Assembly (NCBI GenBank): GCA_964016885.1
Contig: OZ024750.1
Span: 19,282,001 to 19,346,000, forward strand
DNA length: 64,000 bases
DNA from: Eledone cirrhosa
Lineage: Eukaryota
Reading direction: 5' to 3'
Shown here in pieces: positions 17,104 to 33,168 of the stretch. The position numbers and the translations under genes were made by a program. The notes under the pieces are model-generated. The model was not told the origin of the DNA. It ran no database searches and saw nothing but the letters and a program-made list of their open reading frames with translations. Each line of letters begins with the position of its first letter. The stretch's first letter is position 1.

Positions 17104-17106
<3 letters not shown>
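17006..17106 (+). other. Candidate spliced exon (unassigned)
   Basis: GATTTCAG acceptor, CAAG|GTATAT donor, open frame FRPIALNFKHLSSNMASVLTNALGIKAGNPNMQ; no recognised homology and no partner exon found. Confidence 0.25.
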
Positions 17107-17188
<82 letters not shown>

Positions 17189-17190
<2 letters not shown>

Positions 17191-17399
17191 AAAAAAAGGT
17201 GTGGACGTTAGAAAACGTTCTATACAGATCGCGTTATATAAGAAAAATGATAAGAAAGGTGGGGTTCTAAAAGCCTACCTATATAAAAGAAAAATGATCT
17301 TTATAACATGTGCAAACAATATTTGTACATGTTATAAGGATCTTTTTATATATATACGAGATGCGCTTTTCGAAACGTCCTTTTTTATTATCCTTTTCA
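17189..17399. mobile_element. Palindromic foldback/MITE-like element
   Basis: TGAAAA...TTTTCA ends, GGACGTT/AACGTCC subterminal inverted match, central hairpin GATCTTTATAACATGTGCAAA/TTTGTACATGTTATAAGGATC. Confidence 0.5.
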
Positions 17400-17705
17400 T
17401 AGTAGAATTAGCATCATCATCAGCAGTAGTAGTAGTAGTAACAGAAATGTAGTACATCCCTCCTCATACTCCGACTTAACGTAGTTGCCATTCTCACTGC
17501 CAGGGCCATGGAAAAATCCCTTCTCATCAACAACCTCTGGAAATCACTATAGTTAAAGGTGGCAGTATTATCGAACATTCAAACAGCACTTCATCAGGAA
17601 GTCAGGTGGAAGGTAGCTAATATTTGGAAGTTCCTGTCACTCTTCTCATAAAAAATACTGTAATCAGTAAAGTAATCCATATAATACATTAAAAAAGACA
17701 ATATT

Positions 17706-17890
17706 ATTGGCAGTATCGGTAGAGGAGCGGACACCATGCTTTGACGCATAGAGTTACGGCCCTTGCCATTCTGAGTTCAAATCCCGCCGAGGTTAACTTT
17801 GCCTTTGATCCTTACGGGGTCGATAAAATAAAGTACCAGTAATACACTGGAATAATTTGCTGGCCTTGTGCCAAAAGTAGAAACAATTAT
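17706..17890 (+). mobile_element. tRNA-derived SINE, short variant
   Basis: TGGCAGTATCGG A-box-like, GAGTTCAAATCC B box, shared body and tail. Confidence 0.92.
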
Positions 17891-17899
17891 ATATAAACT

Positions 17900-18264
17900 G
17901 CATATATAATAAACTAAAATGTTACGAAAACGAAAACGTAGAAAATTAACGACCTAAATATAAACCTTATATAACGATGCAAATATATGAACGCTTATAT
18001 AAGCGATGTAATAAGTGTTATAATATAACGGACGCTAACCGGAAGTGTTGACGTTTGAAAATTTTAAAGAAGTGAATCTTAAAATAAACAATACTTGATA
18101 TATACCAATATTTTTGTTTAATCAAGAGCTACGAAATTTAGTAGATACATTACATAATATTCATTCATTGTTTATTCAAATAATCCAACTTATTTTACTA
18201 AAGGGATAAAAAATTATAAAACGGACGCTATCCCGCACTCCTCCTTTATTATATTATAGATAGA
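17900..18264 (-). mobile_element. Possible non-autonomous Helitron-like 5' fragment
   Basis: Minus strand begins TCTATCTATAATATAATAAAG; AACGGACGCTA repeated internally; no CTRR 3' end seen. Confidence 0.35.
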
Positions 18265-19512
18265 TTACTAGTGCTGTAAAAGGGTGTTAAATGGGTTTCC
18301 TCCACAAATACAAAATAGACATGCTCACTCTTTCTCTTTGCGCTTAAGATTATTTTAGTATAAACCTAAACTTAAAAAATATATTTGAGTACACAAAGTA
18401 CGATGGAATAAGACATATATATAACTAATGTTGGAAGATGATGTTAAATCCGTTTCTTCTACAATTAGAAAATAGACATTTTAAACAAGTCACCCAAGCA
18501 ACACGTATTAAAGGCGAATTGGAATAGAATTGAAAAAAAAACAAAAAAAAAAAAACATTTTTTTTTTTTAAACTGATATTTCAGAAACAAAAAATATCAG
18601 TAATGAATAAATACAAAGTCATGCCTAGCTCACGGTAGAAATAATAGATAATGTTATATTTCTCTGAAATGACAGTCAATGAGACCGTATTGTATTCCGT
18701 TATCTCAAGCATTTGAAATCCATTATTTAAACTAAGAATTTGCCATTAGTCTTATAATACAGTTCTCGTTTATCAGTAAACGTCATATTTCAAGTGCCTC
18801 GGTTCACAATAGCATTTTTATTAGGACACATCAACATTTTACAATACAATGTATACATATGGCTTATGACGTACATATAATGTAGAATTCATGAAATGTA
18901 TCGTCTTCAAAATATAACAGTTTTAAGTTTGCCTGATTTAAGTGTTTATTTTTCATTAATGAATAAATATCAAAATATAAATAAAGTTTACACACACACA
19001 CACACATACAGACAGACAGACACACACACACACATACACACACACACACATACACACACACCCACCCCCCCACACACACACACACATCTCTCTCTCTCTA
19101 TATATATATATATAGTTGTATGGTTGCATCCTTCACTCTTATAGTATATAAATTCATACATACATACATACACATATATATATATATATATATATACAGT
19201 CGAAAATTGCAAACCAGACTGTCACCACACATTATGAACCTAAAGATTGCGAAAGCATGAAAGTACTTGTTCAATTAACACTTAACATTTAATATTCTAC
19301 CATACTATTTCATTATAATACCATTATCAATTTTAAAGGATCGTAAATAAAACGAGTAAATCAGACAAAGTTGTAATTCCTTTTATTAATATAATCTTCT
19401 ATACACAATCATACACACCCGTGTATATTTATCTCTCTCTCTCTCTCTATATATATATACATACACATATATATATATTAAAGGTATATATTGAGTTCGG
19501 AACTCAAAATAG

Positions 19513-19632
<120 letters not shown>

Positions 19633-20559
19633 TATATTCATATTTATTTATTAAGGAAAAGTAAATTTTTAAATCAATAAACATTAAACTTATGCGTGTG
19701 TGCCTGTGTGTGTCACATATATATCAAGATAGGACCATGCAGGGTCCATATAAACCTACATACTCTCGGCTCTCGAATAATCACTCCCTTCCCGTTTATT
19801 AATTTTTCAGATCTTTTGCCACCCACCCGTTCTTATTCCACCCAGCGCTTATTAAATTTTGCTAATCTGATAGATTAGCAAGGAAATTTTAATTTATGTG
19901 GTAGCATTCCTGCGACAAATTTTCTTTTTACATTAAAGTATATTATACATGTCAAACATTTACATTACTGGAAGTACAATGCATTATAAAATAGATAGGA
20001 TCCGTTGGAGCCTTAATATGTAAACTAATTGACTAATTCTGTCTTTTTAGAAAAATCAACAGAGATAACATAGAAACATTACTGATTTTCCAGCCCTGCT
20101 TATATCGTTGGGGACCGTAGATTAGACGCCACCCTGTGCCTTGTCTCTGAAAAAAACATGGGGTTGGGTAGTCAAAATATTCTCCATGGTATTATAGAGA
20201 AACAAAACGTGAGTAACAGTAATAAACGTAGGCCATTTCAATAGACTACAAAGTCGTTGTTTATACAAAAATAGGTTCCTGGGATACATATCCATGTATT
20301 CAACATTAAAAACTGGCTCTCTGATACACCTGCTCTGTTCTAAAATTTTGTTGGTTGTCCGTTATTAATTCAATCGAGATTTTCATAGGAAATTTTCGGT
20401 GACATCTCGAACTTTTGAACAAGACAGGATTTGAACCATCATACCACGAGGATAGATGTCATCAGACATATGTCACAAGAAAATTATTTACTTTTATTTA
20501 TTGATTATCCGCCTCCCACCCTCTCCCTCTCCTCCTCCTAATCACCGTTAATATTAATC

Positions 20560-20767
20560 GATTGACAGTATCGGTAGAGGGTCGGACACCATGCTTTGTG
20601 GCATAGAGTTACAGCCCTTTACGGCCTGAGTTCAAATACCGCTGAGGTTGACTTTGCCTTTCATCCTTACGGGGTCGATAAAATAATGTACAAGTGACGT
20701 ACTGGGGTCGATTTAATCGACTTTCCACTCTCCCCAAAATTGCTGGCCTTGTGCCTATATAAGAAAC

Positions 20768-20799
<32 letters not shown>
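20560..20799 (+). mobile_element. tRNA-derived SINE, long variant with (ATT)n tail
   Basis: B box, body, GGGGTCGATTTAATCGAC segment, (TTA)n tail. Confidence 0.92.
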
Positions 20800-20995
20800 G
20801 GGTGGTGAATTGGCAGTATCGGTAGAGGGTTGGACGCCATGCTTTCTAGCATAGAGTTATGTCTCTTTACGATCTGAGTTCAAATCCCGCCGAGGTTAAC
20901 TTTGCCTTTCATCCTTATGGAGTCGATAAAATAAAGTACCAGTAATGCACTGGGTAATTGCTGGCCTTGTGCCAATAGTAGAAACAATTATTATG
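20800..20995 (+). mobile_element. tRNA-derived SINE, short variant, full length
   Basis: GGTGGTGAATTGGCAGTATCGG head, B box, body and tail; directly follows the tail of the previous copy. Confidence 0.93.
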
Positions 20996-21495
20996 TCTTT
21001 TTCTTTATTCTTTCAATCTTCTTATTATGGATTATTCGATTTACACTGACGACAAAATACGAGAAAAAACCCCATTAAAAATAAAAATAAAGCTGGATAA
21101 AATAGAATCAAATGGAATAAAATAGTTCCAATTGTAATGAAATTCTTCTTCTTCTTCTTCTTCTTCTTCTTCCCTCCCTCTTCCCCTTCCCCCTCCTTCT
21201 ATATTTAAAAAGGAAGATGAAGTTGATGTTGATTGTGTAAACTGATGGTGCAGGTGATGGTTTAGATGGTTATGATGGTGTAGGCAACGGTAATGGTGAG
21301 GTGATGGGTTATAGTAATCAATATACTTGCCTAATCTAATCGACTTTGTGGAAATGTCCAAATAAATCTTTAATTCTCTCTCTATATATAAGGAAATATA
21401 ACTCTACGCTAAAACTGACGCAAGATTCTTCATAAAGAAAATTCAATAGGAATTTTATCTTCTAATTTTCTTTTTCCAGACATCGACTTACTTTT

Positions 21496-21498
<3 letters not shown>

Positions 21499-21586
<88 letters not shown>

Positions 21587-21595
21587 TTATATATA

Positions 21596-21648
<53 letters not shown>

Positions 21649-21661
21649 TTATATATATATT

Positions 21662-21696
<35 letters not shown>

Positions 21697-21697
21697 T

Positions 21698-21756
<59 letters not shown>

Positions 21757-21757
21757 T

Positions 21758-21828
<71 letters not shown>

Positions 21829-22003
21829 ATTTATATATATATATATATATGTATATCTATATCTATCTATCTATATATATATATATATATATGTATATCT
21901 ATATCTATCTATATATATATATATATATATATGTATATCTATATCTATCTATATCTATATATATATATATATGTATATCTATATATATATATGTATATCT
22001 ATA

Positions 22004-22082
<79 letters not shown>

Positions 22083-22246
22083 CTATATCTATATATATAT
22101 ATATATATACACATACATATATATAATACATATACATATAAATATATATATATATATATTATACGTATACGAGTGTGTTATGTAAATGTATGTATATATA
22201 TATATATATATATTATAAGTATGTGTGTTAGGTAAATCCATGTATG

Positions 22247-22281
<35 letters not shown>

Positions 22282-22290
22282 TGATATATA
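21499..22290. repeat. Compound (TA)n array
   Basis: TTTA then TATC interruptions. Confidence 0.95.
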
Positions 22291-22810
22291 TATATGTGTG
22301 TGTGTGTGAGTGTGTTTACATACATATAAATACATTAAATACATACACACACATGTATATACATGTTCATTTGGTTTTTTTTTATTTTCATTGCTTTGCT
22401 GTCTTCTTCATTATTGATATTTCTAATGTAACCAGCGGCATTGACATGAACAGAACGGCCATATTGGTTTTTGTCAAATGGTGATGGCGAGAGAACGAGG
22501 GAATAAAAGAGAAGGACATTCTGTATGAAAGAGACAGAAAGACAAAGATAGACAGATGTATTCACATTTAGATTCTTTTACTTTTCATACATACTGCTAT
22601 CAAATCAAATGCTTATTCAAAAAGTTACACACACACAAGCACACACACACATACACACACACATGCACACACACATATATATATTGGCCAAAGTTAGATT
22701 AACGCAGTGGCTGCGAAATCAACTAGGTGACTATTATTACTATTACTATATGATCTACTTTATATTTATCGGTGCACTAATTAGGTACAATACACGCTTA
22801 TACAACCCCC

Positions 22811-22854
<44 letters not shown>

Positions 22855-22936
22855 GGGTTGTATAAGCGTGTATGTATATGTATTGTACATACGTGTATGT
22901 ATTGTACAATACATATACATACACGCTTATACAACA

Positions 22937-22984
<48 letters not shown>

Positions 22985-24419
22985 TATATACATATATAGA
23001 GAGAGCAAATGAGAGAGGAAAGAAGGAGAAAGAACTACCTCCTATACGTTCGTTGTAATTCTGATTTGTAATGTTTAAAACACCTACCAAAATAAAGACT
23101 TATTTCTCCCTGAAATTAACTAATTCAATACTATTATGTATTGGATGCTTTTTCTTTTATCATAATGTATTTTATTTTTAGCTGTTAGTTTTCTTATTCT
23201 TCTAAGATTTCAGCTGTCTTGATATTGGATAAACCTCACATTTCGACCATTTACAGTGAACATCAATAATTGCTATCGGAAATATAAAAGGTTCTGTATA
23301 AATGGCGGGATGTAAAATTGCAGAAATTTGCCGTCAAATATAAGGTTGAATAGATGGATTCAATAAGGAAACTTTGAGCAGCATTGGATTATATTTTTCC
23401 AACTGGAGACAAAACTCTCTGTATTTTTACTAGGCAATCAAATAGTACAACGCTTGTTTATAAATATTCCGAGGGTATCAATGATTTGAGTAAGCATAGG
23501 TCAATTGATTATTGAAACAAAGTGTCAGTCACTACTCACAAAGAATTTGGTTTTTACTTTCATGACTGCAACATGTTCTTAAAAAAAAAAATTGTTGGAC
23601 AATACGTTTTTTTTTTATTTGGAAACGATTGGTTTTCTAGAACGCGTTAATTTCCTCAAGATTCTATAAGTTTAATATCATTTCTATGCAACAGTTATAT
23701 CTCAGAGCGTCTGATTAAATGCACTGTTTGTTCTAACATTGTCAAGATCAACTTTGTCATTCACTACCTCCGGTTTGTTAATTAAAGTATCAAACCAGAT
23801 GATTCGTAGTATGTGATCCGGCTATGGGTACTCAGTTCAAAATCCGCTTCATGTCACAGAACCGTAGAGATGCGTCTGGTAGGAGTTTCGATGAGCGAAT
23901 AATATCAGCAATGGAAAGAGCAGTGAAAGCATGATTTACTTGGATTTGTATAATGTAATTAGGTCTACAACCATTGATCAAACAAACAAAGCTTTATTAC
24001 ATTGTATTGGATCTTTCACAATGTGTATGGCATTGGAGCCTCAGCAGTCTTTACCTAGCTTTCTATATTATTGCCTATCCATGTAGATATCTGCAACCTT
24101 AAGAAATTAAATATTAACTGAGAACCAAAATTCGTACAAACATCGCCGTATCTTCAACCATATGAGTATTTAACTGCTGCTTTTAGCATATGAAATAGCC
24201 TTATAGAAGCTCCTTCAATCATCGCAATGTTTTATTTAAAAGTGAATTGGAATCGAATTCAATTATTATAACCTGGAAAAGTAAAAAAAAATGACTGATA
24301 AAAAGAATTGGAAAATGTTCAAAATGCAATTTCTTTGACGTAGTATGTACCACTGTTGCCATAAAAATCGATAACAAATTCTGTATGTTGTAGAATAACT
24401 ACAGTTATATACTAGTTGG

Positions 24420-25000
24420 GAATAGTAATCACGTTGGTCAATTTTCTTTTACTATAGCACTAGGCTGACCAATCAATGCCTTGCATTGTGAGTGAAATTT
24501 GGCAGGCGGATATTGTGTTGAAGTTCGTCATATATATATATATATATACACATATACCTGTGAGTATATATGTATATGTGCGTATATATATATAGGATGG
24601 CTACTGAAAGACTGAATGATATAAAACAAAAATAACTTTTACAAACAGATGGTGTTTTATTTTTTATATTTTGTTTGGAAATATAAGTAATGAATGTTTT
24701 TCAGTGTTATGTGTGAAAAGCAACAGAGGATGCTCTATAAATAAAAAGAAAATAAATAAGATTGAAAAATAACAAGTTTTTCTGTGGTCACCCTGTATTT
24801 GTGTGTATGTGCCAGTTTAGGTTTACTGTTTGTTTATGCCCTGTAACATAGCAGTTTGACAAAACGTGTTCGTTAGAATAAGTACCAGCCTTTAGAATAG
24901 TAAGTACTGGGATCGATATGACAACAAAATCTGTTCAAGACGGTTCCCTATCATGCCCACAGTTTCATGATTGAAACTAGCAAAAGAATAAAAAGAATTT
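24420..25000 (+). mobile_element. Old degenerate SINE with internal microsatellite, interrupted by a MITE
   Basis: ACTATAGC..GGCTGACCAA..GCCTTG..GTGAGTGAAATTTGG 5' part and AGAATAAGTACCAG..GTACTGGGATCGAT..TGATTGAAAC..AAAAGAATAAAA 3' part, recognised by eye. Confidence 0.5.
24593..24795. mobile_element. Tc1/mariner-type MITE
   Basis: Left TAGGATGGCTACTGAAAGACT versus right reverse complement CAGGGTGACCACAGAAAAACT; TA on both sides. Confidence 0.6.
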
Positions 25001-25256
25001 GCATAGCCATCACGTGATTTCGAGTCCAGTTCTCTGCAGTAAACTTGAATAGGTGATTTTTACAACAGAATCTGCTTGACCAGTGCTTATCTAGACAGAT
25101 ACACAAGAAAAAAAAATGACCGTATTTACAATTCACCACCGAAAATTAGACTTAGAATGATTATACCTACCAAGAACACAGAGAGGAAGGAATCTTATGC
25201 AACAAGACAACTATTATAAAATAACCACTGTAGGACTACAGTCATATCTAATGAAG

Positions 25257-25430
25257 AATAATTCTTTCTACTTTTGGCACAAGGCCAGTACATTACTGGT
25301 ACTTTATTTTATCGACTCCGTAAGGATGAAAGGCAAAGTTAACTTCGGCGGGTTTCAACTCAGGCCGTAAAGGGACGTAACTATGGTGGAAAGCATGGCG
25401 TCCGACTCTTTACCGATACTGCCAATCCAC
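25257..25430 (-). mobile_element. tRNA-derived SINE, short variant with extra deletion
   Basis: Family match; CCAG-bounded segment missing near tail. Confidence 0.9.
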
Positions 25431-25801
25431 GGCCCTGAAGAATATTGGAAAGTTAAAAAAAACTGCTATGAAAACTGAGTAAAACAAAAATTGTTTTCTG
25501 TCTTCAAAAAAGTCAACAAATTCAAACCAGAATCTATCTGAATTGTCAGATAATTATGAAGGAAATAAAAAAGCAGAAGAAATTGTGAAAAATTAAAATC
25601 TAAAATAAAATTAGATATCCATAATACTATGCTAAAATCATGGAAAGAAAAACAAAACCTATATCGTCCATACTTGAAGAAAAGAATAAAGAGAAACAGA
25701 CAAGGAAAATACTCAAATTTGGTTAAGTAGCACTGGACGAGAATCCAAGAATGACCGATTTCTAAATGCAGCACAATATCAAAGACTCGTCACCAAAAAT
25801 A

Positions 25802-25988
25802 TATAATTGTTTCTACTTTAGGCACAAGGCCAGCAATTACCCAGTGCATTACTGGTACTTTATTTTATCGACCCCGTAAAGGCTGAAAGGCAAAGTTAAC
25901 CTCGGCGGGATTTGAACTCAGATCGTAAAGCGACATAACTATGCTGGAAAGCATGGCGTCCGACTCTCTACCGATACTGCCAATCTAC
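25802..25988 (-). mobile_element. tRNA-derived SINE, short variant
   Basis: Family match over full length. Confidence 0.92.
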
Positions 25989-25989
25989 T

Positions 25990-26170
25990 AATAATGTTTT
26001 CTAGTTGGTAGAAGGCCAGCGAAGAGGTGTAAGTCGCATAAATTGATTCCAGTACGTTACTGGTACTATATTTTGTCGACCTCATAACGATGGAAAGCAA
26101 ATCTAACTTCGATGAGATTTTAACTCAAAACATAAAGGGTCGTAACTTTATACCGCAATGCATGTTGTTC
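25990..26170 (-). mobile_element. tRNA-derived SINE, long variant, diverged
   Basis: CCAGTACGTTACTGGTACT..GTCGAC..GATGGAAAGCAAA..AACTCAAAAC. Confidence 0.7.
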
Positions 26171-26292
26171 ATCATGATCAACATTCACTTACTAACAACT
26201 TCACCAAACTAATTATCATCAGTATCATCAACATCACACTCAGTGCTATAATTATCACCACCATTCCACTCCCTCCCCCCATCATCATCCCC

Positions 26293-26435
26293 AGCACAAG
26301 GCCAGCAATTATCCCAGTGCATTACTGGTACTTTATTTTATCGACCCCGTAAGGATGAAAGGCAAAGCTAACCTTGGTGGGATTTGAACTCAGAACGTAA
26401 AGGGCCATAATTGTATGCTGCAAAGCATGGCGTCC
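26293..26435 (-). mobile_element. tRNA-derived SINE, short variant, truncated
   Basis: Family match; embedded in CAT-rich tract. Confidence 0.88.
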
Positions 26436-26449
26436 TCATCCTAAACAGC

Positions 26450-27065
26450 ATTAGCATCATCATCGCCATCATCTCCATCAGCATCACAATAATTGTCATT
26501 ACAACCAGCATCATCATCATCATCGCCATTATCGTCATCATCATCGCTATCAGTATTACAATGATTATCATCACAACCAGCATTACCATCATCATCATCA
26601 CCATCATCGCCATCATCATCACAATAATCATCACCATCATCATCACAATCATTATCACCATCATCACCATCATCATCGCCATCATCATCGCCATCATCAT
26701 CGCCATCAACATCACAATAATCATCACAATAATCATCACCATCATCATCACAATCATTATCACCATCATCACCATCATCATCATCGCCATCATCATTGCC
26801 ATCATCATCGCCATCATCATCGCCATCATCATCGCCATCATCATCGCCATCAACATCACAATAATCATCACAATAATCATCACCATCATCATCACAATCA
26901 TTATCACCATCAACATCACCATCACCATCACCATCACCTTCACCATCATCATCATCACCATCATCACCACCATCATCATCATCATCATCACCATCACCAT
27001 CACCATCATCATCACCATCACCATCACCATCATCATCATCATCATCATTATCATCACCATCAACA
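26450..27065. repeat. Degenerate (CAT/CAC/CGC)n trinucleotide array with higher-order duplication
   Basis: ATCACAATAATCATCACCATCATCATCACAATCATTATCACCATC block occurs three times. Confidence 0.92.
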
Positions 27066-27531
27066 ACAGGATTATTGCCCAGATTGTCAATATTTTTCAA
27101 TGTTTATCATTGGTATTTTAAAACTGTCCATCACATTAGCTTTTTTCTATATTCGGGATTTTTCTTAGATTAAATTTCCGTTGAATATAATATTTCTTTT
27201 ATATATCATAAACCATTGAATACTATTTTCTTTTGTATGTCACATTCAGTTGAATTCTATGACATGTATTGCAGTATATTGTCAAAATATAACTATCTGT
27301 ATTAGTTATTCTTTTACGTTGAAGACTCTAAACTCCAGAATAGGTGAACACGAATATTGGATTCGAAGAAACAGCTACTGACAAATACTCATCACTTCAG
27401 CAAAGGAATCAATATTTATGTGAGGATTCCCCGAACGGTATAGAGTATTGAGTTCAATAGGTAAAAATGTCAAAATTCACACACCCACTAGCACCCCCGC
27501 ACACACATACACTCACAGACAGACAGACACA

Positions 27532-27975
<444 letters not shown>

Positions 27976-28015
27976 TATATATATATATTTATTTACACAC
28001 ATACACACACAGACA

Positions 28016-28048
<33 letters not shown>

Positions 28049-28303
28049 GAATAGACACACACACCCACACATGCATCATCTTATTTTATCTGATGAGAAC
28101 GTACTGTTGAAGTTAACTCAGTACCTCTGAAATATGTATAATAAAATATATTTGATCACCAGAATATCTATTTTGTTAATATTTTGAATTAATATATATA
28201 TATATAAATATATAATTATGGTTGAATTCCCGATGGGGGTCGGTAGATTCAAACACCTCAAAAAGAAATTCATTACATTGGTTAAATATAGACATCTTCG
28301 ATT

Positions 28304-28391
28304 TATATAGAAATGACTTTTATAGGAGTAGAACGGTTTCATTAATGATTTAATACGAATGAAGCAATTCTAATCCAGTAAAAGATACATT
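28304..28391. mobile_element. Family A fragment, diverged, as inverted pair
   Basis: AAATGACTTTTATAGGAGTAGAACGGTTTCATT and AATGAAGCAATTCTAATCCAGTAAAAAG resemble 1405-1480. Confidence 0.55.
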
Positions 28392-28484
28392 ATAGAAAGC
28401 TACTTCCAACACAGGCAGAAAATTTGGACAAGCCAATCAAACGCGTATTCGCTCCTCTTATATCTTCGTTGTAGTACTAGTCAT

Positions 28485-28538
<54 letters not shown>

Positions 28539-28641
28539 GTATGTATATATATATATATATAGTGTGTGTGTGTTTAGCAGAAAAAGAAGACAAAAAATAG
28601 TTAAGTGAAAATAAATATTAATATGCATTTATATAAATATA

Positions 28642-28893
<252 letters not shown>

Positions 28894-29000
28894 CCCCCTA
28901 TTTCTGGGGTACTTTTCCCCATCCGAGTGCTAAAGCTACAGACCGAATTTGCATTCGTTAGTTTGGTCGCGAACTAAAGCTTCGTTAATGCTGTACTAAA

Positions 29001-29078
<78 letters not shown>

Positions 29079-29212
29079 TGAGAGAAGAGTGATACATTGA
29101 AAAGTATCTTTTAGAGTAGATGTAGAAAAATAAATAGAAAACATTCAAAGAGACTCTCTCACACCGATACAGATAATTGTAGAAACATGAACATCTTATA
29201 CTTACTATATAC

Positions 29213-29277
<65 letters not shown>

Positions 29278-29402
29278 GCATATACATATACACACATACA
29301 CACACATATATTTAAATTATATATATATATATATAAGTATACTTATATTTAAGTATCAGCCGTACTAAGAGTAAGAAATGAAATTTTGTTTCATTCTTTT
29401 CC

Positions 29403-29468
<66 letters not shown>

Positions 29469-29556
29469 TTATATATATATATATATATAATATATATAAA
29501 TATATATATATATATTCATACATACATTTACATAATATATATATTTACATATACAT

Positions 29557-29587
<31 letters not shown>

Positions 29588-29588
29588 A

Positions 29589-29640
<52 letters not shown>

Positions 29641-30123
29641 GTATATATGTTCATTTGTGTATACATGTATATATATATATACATACATACATACATACAT
29701 GATACATACGTGTGTATAAAACTCTGGTGTAAGAAGCCCATAAAGAACACAAGCAAAAGGTACAAAACAAGAACAAAATAACAACAGAAACAGACAGTCA
29801 GACAGAAAATCATGGGAAGACATTTAAAGAGAGACACTCAGTGTTTTGGGAAGAAGTAGATAAAGAATCAGACAAGTATTTATTACAAGACATCGTTAAA
29901 GATAAGAAGTACCACAATGTTTTTTAATTTGATGCAAGGAAAACAATAACATTGATATACCAGCTTGGAACAGCCAACGGTGAAAATGTAGACTAGATGG
30001 TTGGTGATACACACAGACACACACATACACACACACATACACACATACACACACACACATATATATATATGTATATATATATATGTTTATATATATATAT
30101 ATATATGTTTATATGTATATACG

Positions 30124-30212
<89 letters not shown>

Positions 30213-30215
30213 GTA

Positions 30216-30260
<45 letters not shown>

Positions 30261-30273
30261 GTATATATATATG

Positions 30274-30308
<35 letters not shown>

Positions 30309-30331
30309 GTATATATATATATATGTATATA

Positions 30332-30396
<65 letters not shown>

Positions 30397-30460
30397 GTAT
30401 ATATATATATATGTATATATATATGTATATATATATATGTATATATGTATATGTATATAT

Positions 30461-31481
<1,021 letters not shown>

Positions 31482-31505
31482 TGTATATATGTGTATATAT
31501 ATATA

Positions 31506-31566
<61 letters not shown>

Positions 31567-31568
<2 letters not shown>

Positions 31569-31623
31569 TTTCTGAATTTGTTTAGCAAGATTCTTTATTG
31601 GCAACATGACCCTCCCAAAGTAT

Positions 31624-31627
<4 letters not shown>
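31567..31627 (-). mobile_element. Fragment sharing its terminus with the 7791 repeat
   Basis: Minus strand TGTTATACTTTGGGAGGGTCAT; (TA)n both sides. Confidence 0.5.
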
Positions 31628-31705
<78 letters not shown>

Positions 31706-31737
31706 ATGTTTATATATATAATTATTTAATATAGATA

Positions 31738-31821
<84 letters not shown>

Positions 31822-31947
31822 TATATAAATATATATAAATATATATGCGTGTGTACTCACAAAACACTCATATATAGCATGATTATATTTATTTATCTAA
31901 ATACAGGACTGGGAAATAAAAACTCAACAGCCATGTATGACGTGCAA

Positions 31948-32020
<73 letters not shown>

Positions 32021-32423
32021 ATATATACAAGTATATATATCATATTCTTACATACACAGAACTACGTGTGTACGTGCGTATGTGCATATGTATATTGTTC
32101 TTTTTCCATGTACACAAACACACATAAATATATACACATTTCCCATCCTGTAACTTATCTATCGTATTTTATTTTGTTATAACTGATATGTCTGATATTA
32201 TATATCTAAATCTTTCTAGTTGTAGACTAAGTTATAACTATATCTGATATCCTATGTCTATATATCTTTATCAGTCGTTCACTGTCTGTTTCTATATATC
32301 TTGTTTAATTTTGTGCTGTACGTATGTCTGATAGAATATCTATACATATCTGTGTGATACTGGATATATCTACATGCCTTTTTCAATTCTATATATCCAG
32401 CTGTCTATATATAAGTTTGAAAA

Positions 32424-32478
32424 ATTCAGGGCCCCGGCGGCTGAGCTCCGACCGTCTCAACGGCTAGATCTCCGAACT
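32424..32478. repeat. Short dispersed repeat, family C
   Basis: ATTCAGG..CCG.CG.CTGAGCTCCG.CCGT.TC.ACGGCTAGATC..CGAACT. Confidence 0.7.
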
Positions 32479-32817
32479 GTACATGTACATGTATATATAT
32501 ATAAGCTTAACATTATTTGTCTAAGCGGACAGTACTTCATTTAGGAGTCACAGAAACCCAAATGCTGGACTTTCACCAACCATCCAGGGGTCCGGGTAAA
32601 TTTTTCAATCATATTTTTTTTATTTGTTTGACCCGAATTACTTGGTCGTTTCTATGGCTGTGCGGATGATGGTTTAACCATCGTCTCAGTGTGTTTGGCC
32701 TTTTAACGTAGGTTGTAGCTCTGGTTCGTTAGAATTTATTGAGCGCTTGCCACACATCTCGGAAGTTGTTTTTCGCTAATTTCCAAAGCCGAAATACGAT
32801 TCTCGCTAATTTATATT

Positions 32818-32876
<59 letters not shown>

Positions 32877-32909
32877 ATATACATACCCATACGTATATTC
32901 TCTTTATTC

Positions 32910-32965
<56 letters not shown>

Positions 32966-33119
32966 ATATATATATATGTATGTATATATATAATATATAT
33001 GTATGTATATATATATAAATGTATATATATATCTATATATATGTATGTGTATGTATGTGTATATATACATACATATATATGTAACATATGTATATATATG
33101 TATGTGTATATATGTATAT

Positions 33120-33168
<49 letters not shown>

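Noticed and set aside
20800-20900. tRNA gene
   Set aside because: A/B boxes belong to a SINE head; no cloverleaf and continues into SINE body
23803-23934. Frame FVVCDPAMGTQ... resembling pyridoxal kinase or methionine synthase motifs
   Set aside because: In-frame stop immediately upstream, no compatible acceptor, similarity ends after a few residues
26368-27121. Asp/Gly-rich, Met-rich and Ile-rich ORFs (possible biomineral-like acidic protein)
   Set aside because: Overlapping frames on both strands of a (CAT)n array that runs into a SINE; no signal peptide or splice evidence
28090-28120. CTGATGA-GAAC..GTT-GAAG hammerhead-like start
   Set aside because: GAAA and stems I/III not satisfied
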